Assembly: GCA_049322675.1 (NCBI GenBank)
Contig: JBMORM010000009.1
Span: 291,517-355,516 of the forward strand
Length of the DNA stretch: 64,000 nucleotides
DNA from: Patescibacteria group bacterium
Lineage (GTDB): Bacteria > Patescibacteriota > JAHJAL01
Direction: 5' to 3'
Part shown: positions 17,188 to 27,241 of the stretch, piece by piece
Layout of the letters: every line of letters starts with the position of its first letter
How positions within the stretch are numbered: the first letter of the stretch is position 1
Translations under genes and position numbers: made by a program
Notes under the pieces: generated by a model
What the model saw: only the letters and a program-made list of their open reading frames with translations
Told to the model about the DNA's origin: nothing
Databases searched by the model: none

Positions 17188-19179
17188 TTATTTTTCGGAA
17201 CTGCTTGTAGGGTTGTTGTTCTTTTCCGGGGAGAAATAATAATTGATAATATCTAAAGCAATCGGGGCGGCAGTATCCGATCCTTCTCCTCCACCTTCGA
17301 CAAATACCGTGATAGCTATTTGCGGATTGTCAACGGGGGCATAACAAGTAAACCAGGCGTGTTCTTTTTCATTGTTGCTGAATTGGGCAGTACCGGTTTT
17401 ACCCGCTACTTTGACAACAGCGTTTTGCATAAATTTTGCTGTTCCGTCTGTAACCACTTCTTCCAATCCCTGACGAATAATCTGTAAATCATTTTGTTCT
17501 AAAATATTGTCACTGATTACTTCCGGATTTATATTTAGTTTTATTTTACCATCGCTGGTTTTTATTGTCTGCAAGAGATGAGGTCGATATATTTTGCCAC
17601 CGTTGGCGATTGCTTCGGTATAGGCATTTACTTGAAGGGGGGTAACCAGTATATCTCCCTGACCAATAGCGGTATTATAATCATCTCCCAAATACCACTG
17701 TTCGTTTTTTGTTTTTTGTTTCCAATCGGGATATGGAATAAATCCGGCTCTTTCTCCTGATAAATCTATCCCCAGGGTTTTTGATAACATGTATTTTTCG
17801 GCATACTTGATCAGTTTTTCTATTCCAAGACCTTGATATTCTTCATAACCGCCGCCGAAAATATAGAAATAAATATCAGAAGAAAGACTGAGGGCTTTGA
17901 CTACATTAACAGGTCCCAAACCGGCATGATCCCAACTATAGAAAATATAAATGATCGAGGGGTCATATTTGTTGACAATTCTCAGACTGCCTTGGTCGTT
18001 GATAAAGGTATTGATGTCGGCAATCTTTTCTGCCAGGATAGCGGTGGCGGTGACGATTTTGAAAGTGGAGCCTGGCGGATATTCTCCCGAGATAGCACGA
18101 TTGAATAGTGGTAATTTTTCGTTATTTAATAAAGAATCATACTCGGCCTGAGTAAGTCCTTTGGTCATTTGATTTATGGAAAAAGAGGGATAATTTACCA
18201 AACTTAAAATTTGTCCAGTATTGGGGTCGCTGATCACCACGGAAGCTCCTGTTGCTTTGGGAATATTTGATAACTTGTCTTGCAAGCGTTGAAATACAAA
18301 TTTTTGCAGGTCGGAATCAATGGTTGTGTATAGATTATTTCCGGCTGAACTTTCTTTCGGAGTTAGGGTTTGAATTATTTTACCTGTGGCATCTACGATT
18401 CTATACTCGGCGCCGTTGGTTCCTTTTAATTCTTTTTCATAGTATATTTCTAGTCCGGATTTTCCAACTTGGTCGATTGGTTGATATTTTTCGTCTGAAT
18501 TTAAAGTATCTTGATCGACCAGACCAGTATATCCCAAGAAATGGGCGCATTCTTGATCGCAATAATATTGTCGGGAAGAAATGGTTTGGATAAAAAAACC
18601 GGGAATGATTTTTGATTTAATAAGTAGGCTTTTGTCTCGATCGAGGTTTTTGGCAATCAGCAACTCATTCCAATTTTTCAGTCCATCTTTTTCCACCAAT
18701 CGACTAATATCGCTGACCGAAATCGACGTAATAGACGAAATGTCTTGATAGATTGTTAGTCTTTGTGAACTATTGTCGGGCAAGAGGGCGGGGATTACTT
18801 TTAGATCGTATCTTGAAGTATTGCCAGCAATAATGTTACCTTGGCGGTCGTAAATTACCCCTCGGGGAGCATAGTTTGTTTTTACATGAATGATATTACC
18901 TTCGGCTTTTTTTAAGCTTTCTGCACCTTTTATCACTTGCAGCTGCCAGAGGCGTGTTCCAAGAATCAAAAGAAGCAATATTGAAAATAATTGGGCAAGA
19001 TATTGCCAGGTGAAATTTCTATCCGGTAAAACTTCCGATAGTTCTTTTTTGGTTTGGAGAAGTTTGTCGGTACTGGACAAGTTGCCTTCCCAACTTTCTA
19101 TTTCTTGTTGATTGGGATTGATATTTCGTCGTTTGTTGTCTCCGGGCAAACGATCATATTTTCGACCAAAATAGTCCAT
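17188..19179 (-). CDS. mrdA: Penicillin-binding protein 2-type peptidoglycan D,D-transpeptidase
   Basis: An N-terminal TM helix is followed by SxxK (PGSTFKIV), SxN-like (LSSD) and KTG (GKTGTAQ) motifs. The protein is 663 aa. Confidence 0.8.
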   Translation of the reverse strand: MDYFGRKYDRLPGDNKRRNINPNQQEIESWEGNLSSTDKLLQTKKELSEVLPDRNFTWQYLAQLFSILLLLILGTRLWQLQVIKGAESLKKAEGNIIHVKTNYAPRGVIYDRQGNIIAGNTSRYDLKVIPALLPDNSSQRLTIYQDISSITSISVSDISRLVEKDGLKNWNELLIAKNLDRDKSLLIKSKIIPGFFIQTISSRQYYCDQECAHFLGYTGLVDQDTLNSDEKYQPIDQVGKSGLEIYYEKELKGTNGAEYRIVDATGKIIQTLTPKESSAGNNLYTTIDSDLQKFVFQRLQDKLSNIPKATGASVVISDPNTGQILSLVNYPSFSINQMTKGLTQAEYDSLLNNEKLPLFNRAISGEYPPGSTFKIVTATAILAEKIADINTFINDQGSLRIVNKYDPSIIYIFYSWDHAGLGPVNVVKALSLSSDIYFYIFGGGYEEYQGLGIEKLIKYAEKYMLSKTLGIDLSGERAGFIPYPDWKQKTKNEQWYLGDDYNTAIGQGDILVTPLQVNAYTEAIANGGKIYRPHLLQTIKTSDGKIKLNINPEVISDNILEQNDLQIIRQGLEEVVTDGTAKFMQNAVVKVAGKTGTAQFSNNEKEHAWFTCYAPVDNPQIAITVFVEGGGEGSDTAAPIALDIINYYFSPEKNNNPTSSSEK

Positions 19180-19182
19180 AAT

Positions 19183-19728
19183 CTATTGTTTGATTATCAT
19201 TTTTGGTTGATTGTTTTGTAAAAATAAATTGCCCAAAATGATAAATAATTGGATAAGTAAAAAATAAACAATTGTCTCCATGAGGCCGATTTTTAAAATA
19301 TAGGGGAAAATATTATCCCAGGTGATCAACTTTTGCCAAAATGAAAAAATAATTAGGCAAGTTTCTGTCAAAATCGAGAGACTGAGAATGGCGAAAATTT
19401 TTCCCAATGACAGCTTATCAAATTTATAGTATCGACGAAGAAATATAGTCCAACTACCAAGAATTATTAGTAAAAAAGCGTTGGAAAATAAAGTCAAGCT
19501 ACTGCTAAAAAATAAACAGATCAGGGAAACGAAAAATAAAAACAAGAATGAACGGCTACGTGGAAAAAATATTAATGCTAGAAAGAAACATAATAAAATA
19601 TTGGGGGTAAAGCCGAGAATATGGATTTGCTGCGGAAACGATGTTTGGAGCAAATATAAAAACAAGGGGAATCCCAAAAAGATTGTTTTTAAGAAACGCA
19701 TAAAAAAAGAGGTTAGTTTTTTAACCAC
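19183..19728 (-). CDS. Polytopic membrane protein, possibly MreD-like
   Basis: The 181-aa protein has about 5 TM helices. It lies immediately upstream of PBP2 in the same orientation. Confidence 0.3.
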   Translation of the reverse strand: MVKKLTSFFMRFLKTIFLGFPLFLYLLQTSFPQQIHILGFTPNILLCFFLALIFFPRSRSFLFLFFVSLICLFFSSSLTLFSNAFLLIILGSWTIFLRRYYKFDKLSLGKIFAILSLSILTETCLIIFSFWQKLITWDNIFPYILKIGLMETIVYFLLIQLFIILGNLFLQNNQPKMIIKQ

Positions 19729-19752
19729 CCTTTGGAATATTTTCTAATATTT

Positions 19753-20601
19753 TTATCTGAGGCGGCCGCCAATAATTTTTAAGGATTGGGGGATGATTTG
19801 AATGGAGGCTGGAGTTCTGGCAATTACTTCTTGGCCGGAAAAAAAGAACAACGGTTTTTCGCTTCTGATGTCAATCTGGTTAGCGTGAAAGAGGCTGATA
19901 TTATTTTTTTCAAGAAATTTTGGACTATTGTTGAGCGAATTATAGACTTCGGGTGAATCGACGCGATCAGAAAATGATAGGTGAAGGCTGTTGTCGATCA
20001 TGCTATGGCGAACGCTGTCCAAATCGGAACCAAAAGGACGGATGTTACTGACAACCAAACCGGATACTTCAGAGTGAACTTGATAGTTATTTTCAATCTC
20101 GATATCGACCGGAATTTTTTCCGATGGCGACTGACCATTGCCGGCACCAAGAATTTTGGAAAAAATTGATTTGGATTTGGCAACGGGAGGAAAATCAGGA
20201 GAATGGCTGGCCATGATTTCTGAAATAAAATATTTGTCGTTGATGATTCCAGTATCCATCATCAGAACGCGACGAGCAGCCAAGATTTCACAGGCGGTTT
20301 TCCAGTTACCCAAACCAAGAGCAGTTGATAATACACTTTCTTCCAAGGGCAAAATGCCAATAGCAGTCTTACTGGAAACAAGATTGACGGCAATCTTGTT
20401 GACTAAAATATCTCCTCCAACTGCAACTATAGTACTAAATCCTTTACCAATTCCTGCTTTGACCGCATCGTCAACATCCAAAAGATTGTCAATAAAGTTG
20501 AACTCTCCCAAAATATCAAAATTGGTGAGAATCTCTTTGATTTTTAATTCGATTTTTTCAAATTCGGCCCTTTTGGCGCTTTCTACAATATAGTAATACA
20601 T
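19753..20601 (-). CDS. Diacylglycerol-kinase catalytic-domain (YegS/BmrU-like lipid kinase) family protein
   Basis: The DAGK_cat-like blocks are IVAVGGDILVNKIA (GGDG-like), TAIGILPLE..ALGL and ARRVLMMDTGIIND. Confidence 0.45.
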   Translation of the reverse strand: MYYYIVESAKRAEFEKIELKIKEILTNFDILGEFNFIDNLLDVDDAVKAGIGKGFSTIVAVGGDILVNKIAVNLVSSKTAIGILPLEESVLSTALGLGNWKTACEILAARRVLMMDTGIINDKYFISEIMASHSPDFPPVAKSKSIFSKILGAGNGQSPSEKIPVDIEIENNYQVHSEVSGLVVSNIRPFGSDLDSVRHSMIDNSLHLSFSDRVDSPEVYNSLNNSPKFLEKNNISLFHANQIDIRSEKPLFFFSGQEVIARTPASIQIIPQSLKIIGGRLR

Positions 20602-20603
20602 AG

Positions 20604-20969
20604 TTATATTTCGTAAACTGGTTCGGTATTTAATAATTTAGAATTTTTTTCTTGATCGATTTTTTTACTACAACCAATAAAGTCAGCCCCTTCGTCAATT
20701 TTTAGGATACTGGAAATAACGTCTCCCAGTAGTTTTCCCGTTGCGGAAACATAGACTTTTTTGGCTCGGCATTTTCCTTCCAAGGTGCCATACAAGGAAA
20801 AATCGAGACATTCAAGGCCACCTTTCACTACTCCTGATTGATTGACGATAATATTTCCGTCAGAGAAGATGGTGCCATCTGTCTGACCGTTGACGACAAT
20901 ATTGGCGACAGTTTTCATATTTCCGGAGACGGAGGTGTTTTGACCAATTATTGTATCGTTGAATTGCAT
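20604..20969 (-). CDS. Bactofilin (polymer-forming cytoskeletal protein)
   Basis: The 121-aa protein shows the beta-helical repeat pattern GNMKTVANIVVNGQTDGTIFSDGNIIVNQSGVVKGGLECLDFSLYGTLEG. Confidence 0.65.
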   Translation of the reverse strand: MQFNDTIIGQNTSVSGNMKTVANIVVNGQTDGTIFSDGNIIVNQSGVVKGGLECLDFSLYGTLEGKCRAKKVYVSATGKLLGDVISSILKIDEGADFIGCSKKIDQEKNSKLLNTEPVYEI

Positions 20970-21093
20970 AGATCAAATTATATTTTTTTCTATTATACTA
21001 TATATTTTCTAAATATTTTTTTCAGAATGTCTGCATCTCAATAACCTAGACAGGAAGGGCGTTTTTTGGTACAGTTCGGTAAAACTTACAACT

Positions 21094-21783
21094 ATGGAGC
21101 AGACGGAAACAAAAATATGGCGAAATTCCAATAAAATCCTAATATTGATTTTAGGTATTTTGGGTTTGTATCTGGCAGGAAATATAAATATTCAAACTTT
21201 GTTGATTATTGCTGTCTTTACCGTGATTATTTTTTTCGTAAACGAACTGGCTTTATTTTTTTTGGCGGCGATTACCTTGATTTTATGGCCAACGGTATTT
21301 TATTTTGACGAAAATTGGCTAATTTTCATCGGAAATCTGACATATATTTTGTTGTTTTTGGCTGCGGTTATAGCGATCGCTAAAGGTCAGATGATAACTA
21401 ATATTAAAGTTGAGTGGCGAAAATATATCGTGCCATTGGCAGGAGCGACGCTTGTAATCCTGATTGGATTGACGGGATATAAATTGTCGAGAGATTATTA
21501 TAAAACCGATAACAAGCAGATCAAAGAAGATTGGTCAATCGGCGTTAAGAGTCAGAATATTGATGAGGATTTGATAGTGACGATAGAAAACTTGAAAGAT
21601 AAAAAACAATTTTTGGTTGTCTGGCAAAAACCTGACGGACAATTGTTTTCCTTTAAGAATTTTCTGGAAGAGAATAATAATGCAATCACAATTTACAAGG
21701 AACTTGTCGATCAAACTGGAAAATACTGGCTGACTGTTGGGGAAGGAGAAGAAATGAAAACAAAAGAAATTGAGATAAAATAA
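21094..21783 (+). CDS. Hypothetical membrane protein
   Basis: Four N-terminal TM helices precede a soluble C-terminal domain. Confidence 0.45.
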   Translation: MEQTETKIWRNSNKILILILGILGLYLAGNINIQTLLIIAVFTVIIFFVNELALFFLAAITLILWPTVFYFDENWLIFIGNLTYILLFLAAVIAIAKGQMITNIKVEWRKYIVPLAGATLVILIGLTGYKLSRDYYKTDNKQIKEDWSIGVKSQNIDEDLIVTIENLKDKKQFLVVWQKPDGQLFSFKNFLEENNNAITIYKELVDQTGKYWLTVGEGEEMKTKEIEIK

Positions 21784-21819
21784 ATATAGGTTATATTTCA
21801 GCAAATAAGAAACTAATTT

Positions 21820-22749
21820 TTGCAAAGATTTTTTACCAAAGAACTAAAGAAATATTGTCTAAACTTGGGTTTTGATTTGTTTGGCGTGACTTTGCCGAGA
21901 AAATCAAATTTTGGAGAATATTTTGAGAAGTGGCTAGATAAAAAATATCAAGCGGATATGAGCTGGTTGAAAAAAACAGAAACCAGAAATAATCCCACCT
22001 TGGTTTTAAAAGACTGTAAATCGATATTGATATTGGGTGTTTCATATTTTAACCGCGACTACGGAGACGACGAGAAAAATGATAATAAAAGAGCATTGAT
22101 TGCTAGATATGCGTGGGGAGATGATTACCATTTGGTTTTAGGTGAAAAAATGAAACAAATTCAAGAGTGGCTTAATAAACAATACTCATGCAATTATCTA
22201 CACAAGTACTATGTAGATACCGGACCGATTTTGGAAAAAGAATTGGCAACGTGGGCGGGATTGGGTTTTATGGGGAAGAATACACAATTGATAAATCAAA
22301 ATTTTGGTTCGTATTTTTTTATTGCATGTCTCTTCACTCAAATTCCTTTTGAGCAATCAACGACAAAAGTTGTCGGTGGCTGCGGCACGTGCGACAAATG
22401 TATCAAGGCTTGTCCCACCAAGGCTTTGGAGGAACCATACGTTTTGAATGCTTCAAAATGTTTGTCTTATCACACAATAGAAAACAAAGGAATAATTCCG
22501 GATGAAATAAAAAAAGCAAAGAAAAATCGGATATTTGGCTGTGATATATGTCAGGAAGTATGTCCTTGGAATAAAAGAGCTAAAATAACCAAGATGCCTG
22601 ATCTGAGAACGAAACTTCGTCGAGATAAGCTCACTATAGAGCAAATTAAGGAAATGGACATAAATGAATATCGCCGAATTTTTAAAAAATCGGCGGTAAA
22701 AAGAGCGAAATTTTCTGGTTTAAAAAGAAATATCGAGGGACTGAATTAA
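21820..22749 (+). CDS. queG: Epoxyqueuosine reductase
   Basis: The 4Fe-4S motifs are CGTCDKCIKACP and CDICQEVCPWN. The C-terminal region is HEAT-like. Confidence 0.8.
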   Translation: MQRFFTKELKKYCLNLGFDLFGVTLPRKSNFGEYFEKWLDKKYQADMSWLKKTETRNNPTLVLKDCKSILILGVSYFNRDYGDDEKNDNKRALIARYAWGDDYHLVLGEKMKQIQEWLNKQYSCNYLHKYYVDTGPILEKELATWAGLGFMGKNTQLINQNFGSYFFIACLFTQIPFEQSTTKVVGGCGTCDKCIKACPTKALEEPYVLNASKCLSYHTIENKGIIPDEIKKAKKNRIFGCDICQEVCPWNKRAKITKMPDLRTKLRRDKLTIEQIKEMDINEYRRIFKKSAVKRAKFSGLKRNIEGLN

Positions 22750-23972
22750 ATTTTTTCAGTTTTAAATAGCGCCAAAGATATGAATAAAAGCATTATTCCG
22801 CTGCAGACCAAGGTTACATGAACCATCTGGGAAACATTTTGATGGAAAAAAGTATAGGCAAAGAATTGAATAATAGCCGAAAATCCTAAAGCAATAGCAA
22901 ATAACCAACCTTTGCGAGCCAGTAAATAATTGACGATCAATTGAACAATCCCTACCACTCCCAAAGACAAGCCAATAAGACCCAATAAGATCCAAGAAAA
23001 AACATATTTTTCGCCAAATAAAATGGTAAATATCAACTTTGGCCAGATAAAATAAAATATTAAGGCGATCACAACTACGCCGCAGACCATCAATAAAGCT
23101 TTTTTAAGTAATTTCAGGCGTATTGCCAGTCTGCTTTCCTGACTTATATAGGGAAAAAGGGCGGTGGCGATGCTAAGGGGGGCAAAATAGACAATTTTGC
23201 CAAGAGTGGACAGAGCGGTATATAGGCCGGCATCATAGGCGGATAAATATTTTTTTGCCATCAAGACATCAATACTAAGAAAAAATGAAACACCCAAAAT
23301 ACCAACTATCATGCGCAGACTTTCTTTAATAAGTTTTATGTAGTCGATTTTTATGTCTTTGGATATTTTGTTGGCGGAAAATTTTTGTTTGAGATAAAAA
23401 ATGCTTAAACAGAAAGCAACCAATAAAGCCAAGACTAAACTAATAATGGCGATATCAGCACGTAAAAAAAGCAAACCTAGCAGTATTCCAAAAAAAAGTT
23501 TAACCAGTCCTTCGGAAGCAAAAGAGATACTAAGCCAATTGAAATCAAATAATCCCTGCATGACTCCCCTATTCCAGGAAAGTTTAAACATAAACAATAA
23601 ACCGAAGCCGAGTATGGTTAAACCAATAAAACTGGTGAAGTTGAAATAATGATAAATAAGTCCAATACAAAAAAAATAAATGAATAGCGAGATAATGCTG
23701 ATTTTATTCAAATATTGATTGGTGAGGGCAATTTTCCCCGCCAAAATATTGGAATCTTCTTTTTTTTGGCTGATTATTTTGGCAGCCGTATTCTCCACTG
23801 CACCGAGTGGCGTGGCCAAAATAATATAAATAGATAGCAGAGCGCCGAGGGTAGAATACTCAGCCGGCGACAAAATTCGACCAAGCGCCAAATGAAAAAA
23901 ATAGGCGCCGGCATTGGCGGTCATGGTCCCGATGAATAATATTACTGAGGATTTTAGAAAGGATTTGGACAT
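22746..23972 (-). CDS. MOP-superfamily polysaccharide/lipid-linked oligosaccharide flippase (Wzx/MurJ-like)
   Basis: The 408-aa protein is predicted to have 12 to 14 TM helices, and its N-terminus is typical of this family. Confidence 0.55.
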   Translation of the reverse strand: MSKSFLKSSVILFIGTMTANAGAYFFHLALGRILSPAEYSTLGALLSIYIILATPLGAVENTAAKIISQKKEDSNILAGKIALTNQYLNKISIISLFIYFFCIGLIYHYFNFTSFIGLTILGFGLLFMFKLSWNRGVMQGLFDFNWLSISFASEGLVKLFFGILLGLLFLRADIAIISLVLALLVAFCLSIFYLKQKFSANKISKDIKIDYIKLIKESLRMIVGILGVSFFLSIDVLMAKKYLSAYDAGLYTALSTLGKIVYFAPLSIATALFPYISQESRLAIRLKLLKKALLMVCGVVVIALIFYFIWPKLIFTILFGEKYVFSWILLGLIGLSLGVVGIVQLIVNYLLARKGWLFAIALGFSAIIQFFAYTFFHQNVSQMVHVTLVCSGIMLLFISLALFKTEKI

Positions 23973-24035
23973 TATTTTTTATTTAGCTTGAAAACAAAAT
24001 TTTGAATATTGGATAGTATTTACGAGTTTTGTCTT

Positions 24036-24112
24036 AATTTTCAATTTTCAATTTCCAATTTCCACTAAATGATCAATTTTCAATGAGAATGATTAGTTTG
24101 GAAATTATTAAT
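24036..24112. repeat. TTCCAAT-rich intergenic palindromic repeat (copy C)
   Basis: ttttcaattttcaatttccaatttccac...gattagtttggaaattattaattgaag. Confidence 0.5.
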
Positions 24113-24126
24113 TGAAGATTTTGTTA

Positions 24127-27069
24127 TTATTTTACGACAATGTTTACTATCTTTCCCTTAATATAAATTTCTTTGACAATTTCTTTGCCGGTGATAAACT
24201 TTGTTACTTCGGGAGTTGATTTGGCAAGGGAAATGATTGTTTTTTCTTCAAGGTCGGCGGCAATAACAATTTCCGCCCGTCTTTTGCCGTTAACTTGAAT
24301 AGGAATTGTCAGAAGTTCTTCTTTGACTAGATCAGGATCGTATTGCGGCCAAGTCATGAGATTGATTGAATTGTTGTGACCCAATTGATGCCAAAGTTCT
24401 TCGCAAACATGGGGACAAATTGGAGAAAGCAATAACAATAAACCTTCCAGGGCTTGTTTCCAAGCCAGGGGATCTTTGGCAAGAGGAAATTTTTGTTTCA
24501 GATCGTTGAGGTCGTTAACAAAAATCATCAGATTGGAAACAACGGTGTTGAAGCTAAATTTGTCATACAAGGAGCTGATGCGCTTGATGTTTTTGTGTAC
24601 AAGAGAAGCCAATTCGACTTCTTTTATTTCTGACGAGTCATAGAGCCATTGGTCGGGGGTTTCTTGGATCTTTTCGTTTACCAAAATAATTTCTTGTGCT
24701 AACGTCCACAGTTTGAATAAAAATCGATTGACGCCTTTGACGCCGTTGGTATCCCAAGGAATGGCATCGGTATAAGGACCCATAAACATTTCATAGCCAC
24801 GCAAAGTATCGGCTCCGTATTCATCAATTACTTCTATGGGATTGATAACATTGCCCTTGGATTTGGACATTTTTATACCACCTTCTCCAAGAACCATGCC
24901 ATGAGCGATGCGTTTTTGGTAAGGTTCGGAAGTCGGCACCAGGCCTTGATCAAAGAGAAATTTGTGCCAGAAACGGGAATACAGAAGATGCAAAGTAACA
25001 TGTTCCATTCCACCATTGTAAATATCGACCGGAGACCAATATTGTAATTTTTTGTAATCAGCAAAAATATCCTCATTATGAGGGTCGCAATAGCGAAGAT
25101 AATACCAGGAAGATCCTGCCCAGTTGGGCATAGTGTCGGTTTCGCGTTTGGCCGGACCACCGCAAGTTGGACAAGTAGTATTTACCCACTCGTCAATCGA
25201 GGCCAAAGGTGATTCGCCGGTATCGGTTGGTTGGTAATTTTTGACGTCTGGCAAGATTAAAGGCAAATCTTTTTCTGGCAAAGGAATAGTGCCACATTGT
25301 TCACAATAAACAATTGGAATCGGTTCGCCCCAATAATGCTGGCGGGAAAAAACCCAATCGCGGAGATTGTAATTGACTTTCTTTGATCCTAGTTTTTGTT
25401 CTTGTAACCAAGTAATTATTTTCTCTGTGGCAATAGCCGAATCCAATCCGGAAAATTCGCCCGAATCATGAGTGACACCATAATCAGAGAATAGTTTGGA
25501 GTTATTAAAAAATCTTTCTTTCCAGATATTAAATTCTGAGCAATTTAGATTTGGATCATGTTCCAATTCATCCCAAGTAAGCCAAATTAGATCGTATTTT
25601 TCTTGCTCATCGGCAGAGATGGATTGCTGTTGATTATCTATAAGCTCAAAGACCAAAGCAGTAAATAATGCTTGTCGGTTTACGTCTTTATGGGCGGCAT
25701 AAAAATTGGACTGAACTGGTAATCCTAGCGTTTTGATAAATTTTAAATTAAAAAATCCCGTTTCTTCGGCGATCTCTCTTTGAGCGGCAGCGATAGTATC
25801 CTCTCCTTCTTCGATACCTCCTACAATTAATGTAGTCCAAGGAAATTTTTTATGTCGAAGGCACAATATTTTTTTTGTCTTTGGATCAATAACAATGGCC
25901 TGGATTGCTTGTCGAAATACAGTAGATTTATCGTCTCGCAGAGGATGTTTGGTATCAATTATTTTGGGAATAATTACTTCTTTGATAGGCAAATCGTATT
26001 TGGAAGCAAAATCCCAATCGCGTTGATCGTGAGCAGGGACGGCCATGATGGCGCCGGTGCCATAGTCGGCCAGAACATAATCGGCAATCCAAATTGGTAT
26101 TTTCTCATTATTGATTGGATTAACCGCATAAGAACCAGTAAAAACACCTGTTTTTTCTTTATTTTCTTGGCGTTCGATATTGCTTTTGGCAAGCGAAAGC
26201 TTGACATACTTGTCCACATCTTTTTTTTGTTCGGGAGTAATTATTTTTTCAATCAATTCATGCTCAGGTGCCAAAACCATAAAAGTAACGCCAAATAAGG
26301 TGTCAGGTCTGGTTGTAAAAACTTCTAAATATTTATCTTTGAGTTTTGAGTTTTGAATTTTGAATTTGATACTTGCCCCTTCCGATCTTCCGATCCAGTT
26401 GGCTTGTTGATCTTTAATCGCAGGCAGATAATCAACATCCTTGAGACCATTTAATAATTTGTCCGCGTAGGCAGTAATTTTGAGCATCCATTGAGAAAGC
26501 TCTTTTTTGGTTGTGGGCGTGCCGCAACGCTCGCAATTGCCGGCAATTACTTCTTCGTTGGCTAAGCCCGTTTTACAAGAAGGACACCAATTGATTGGCA
26601 TCTTTTTTTTGTAAGCCAAACCGGCTTTGTAAAGTTGCAGAAATATCCATTGGGTCCACTTGTAGTATTCAGGTTTGGAGGTGTCAATTTCCCTCGACCA
26701 ATCGAAGGAAAAACCGACACGTTGAGCTTGTTTTTTAAAATTGGCGGTATTTTTGGCGGTAACGATTGTCGGATTGATCCCGTGTTTGATGGCATAATTT
26801 TCGGTTGGCAGGCCAAAAGCATCCCAGCCAAAGGGGAAAAGAACATTGTAACCATCCATACGACTTTTGCGTGCGACGATATCTAAAGCAGTATAAGGAC
26901 GGCAATGACCGACGTGCAGACCTTCGCCGGAGGCGTAGGGAAACTCGATCAAAATATATTTTTTGGGCTTGGAGGAAGAGTCTTGGCCTTGATATATTTT
27001 TTCTTCTTCCCAGACAGATTGCCATTTGGGCTCTATTTCTTGCGGATTATAATTTTTTTGTTTATCCAT
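24127..27069 (-). CDS. leuS: Leucyl-tRNA synthetase carrying an internal Nudix-domain insertion
   Basis: Present are the HIGH-class motif (HVGH), KMSKS, an editing-domain block TTRPDTLFGVTFMVLAPEH and the conserved C-terminal domain. At 980 aa it is longer than the roughly 860 aa of E. coli LeuRS. Confidence 0.9.
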   Translation of the reverse strand: MDKQKNYNPQEIEPKWQSVWEEEKIYQGQDSSSKPKKYILIEFPYASGEGLHVGHCRPYTALDIVARKSRMDGYNVLFPFGWDAFGLPTENYAIKHGINPTIVTAKNTANFKKQAQRVGFSFDWSREIDTSKPEYYKWTQWIFLQLYKAGLAYKKKMPINWCPSCKTGLANEEVIAGNCERCGTPTTKKELSQWMLKITAYADKLLNGLKDVDYLPAIKDQQANWIGRSEGASIKFKIQNSKLKDKYLEVFTTRPDTLFGVTFMVLAPEHELIEKIITPEQKKDVDKYVKLSLAKSNIERQENKEKTGVFTGSYAVNPINNEKIPIWIADYVLADYGTGAIMAVPAHDQRDWDFASKYDLPIKEVIIPKIIDTKHPLRDDKSTVFRQAIQAIVIDPKTKKILCLRHKKFPWTTLIVGGIEEGEDTIAAAQREIAEETGFFNLKFIKTLGLPVQSNFYAAHKDVNRQALFTALVFELIDNQQQSISADEQEKYDLIWLTWDELEHDPNLNCSEFNIWKERFFNNSKLFSDYGVTHDSGEFSGLDSAIATEKIITWLQEQKLGSKKVNYNLRDWVFSRQHYWGEPIPIVYCEQCGTIPLPEKDLPLILPDVKNYQPTDTGESPLASIDEWVNTTCPTCGGPAKRETDTMPNWAGSSWYYLRYCDPHNEDIFADYKKLQYWSPVDIYNGGMEHVTLHLLYSRFWHKFLFDQGLVPTSEPYQKRIAHGMVLGEGGIKMSKSKGNVINPIEVIDEYGADTLRGYEMFMGPYTDAIPWDTNGVKGVNRFLFKLWTLAQEIILVNEKIQETPDQWLYDSSEIKEVELASLVHKNIKRISSLYDKFSFNTVVSNLMIFVNDLNDLKQKFPLAKDPLAWKQALEGLLLLLSPICPHVCEELWHQLGHNNSINLMTWPQYDPDLVKEELLTIPIQVNGKRRAEIVIAADLEEKTIISLAKSTPEVTKFITGKEIVKEIYIKGKIVNIVVK
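25510..25947 (-). other. Nudix hydrolase domain inserted in-frame within leuS
   Basis: A perfect Nudix box GGIEEGEDTIAAAQREIAEETGF is encoded at + 25757-25821, inside about 140 extra residues between ..IKEVII and ..SGEFSGLD. Confidence 0.7.
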
Positions 27070-27169
27070 AGATATTTATAAAAAAGTATTACGATAAGTT
27101 TATTTTACAATAAATATCTTCACTGAGCCATTGTCGAAATAATAAAAAATTCTTATCTGTTTTTGATTG

Positions 27170-27204
27170 ACTTGTTTCAATTTTTTTGTTATAATGTGAA
27201 GATT
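27170..27204 (+). promoter_or_regulatory. Near-consensus sigma70-type promoter (TTGACT-17 bp-TATAAT) for the HExxH / ATP-grasp operon
   Basis: The sequence is ttgact tgtttcaatttttttgt tataat. It lies about 40 nt upstream of the start at 27242. Confidence 0.55.
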
Positions 27205-27241
27205 TAGTGCGAACTGAAAATAAAAAACAAAAATAAAAAAA

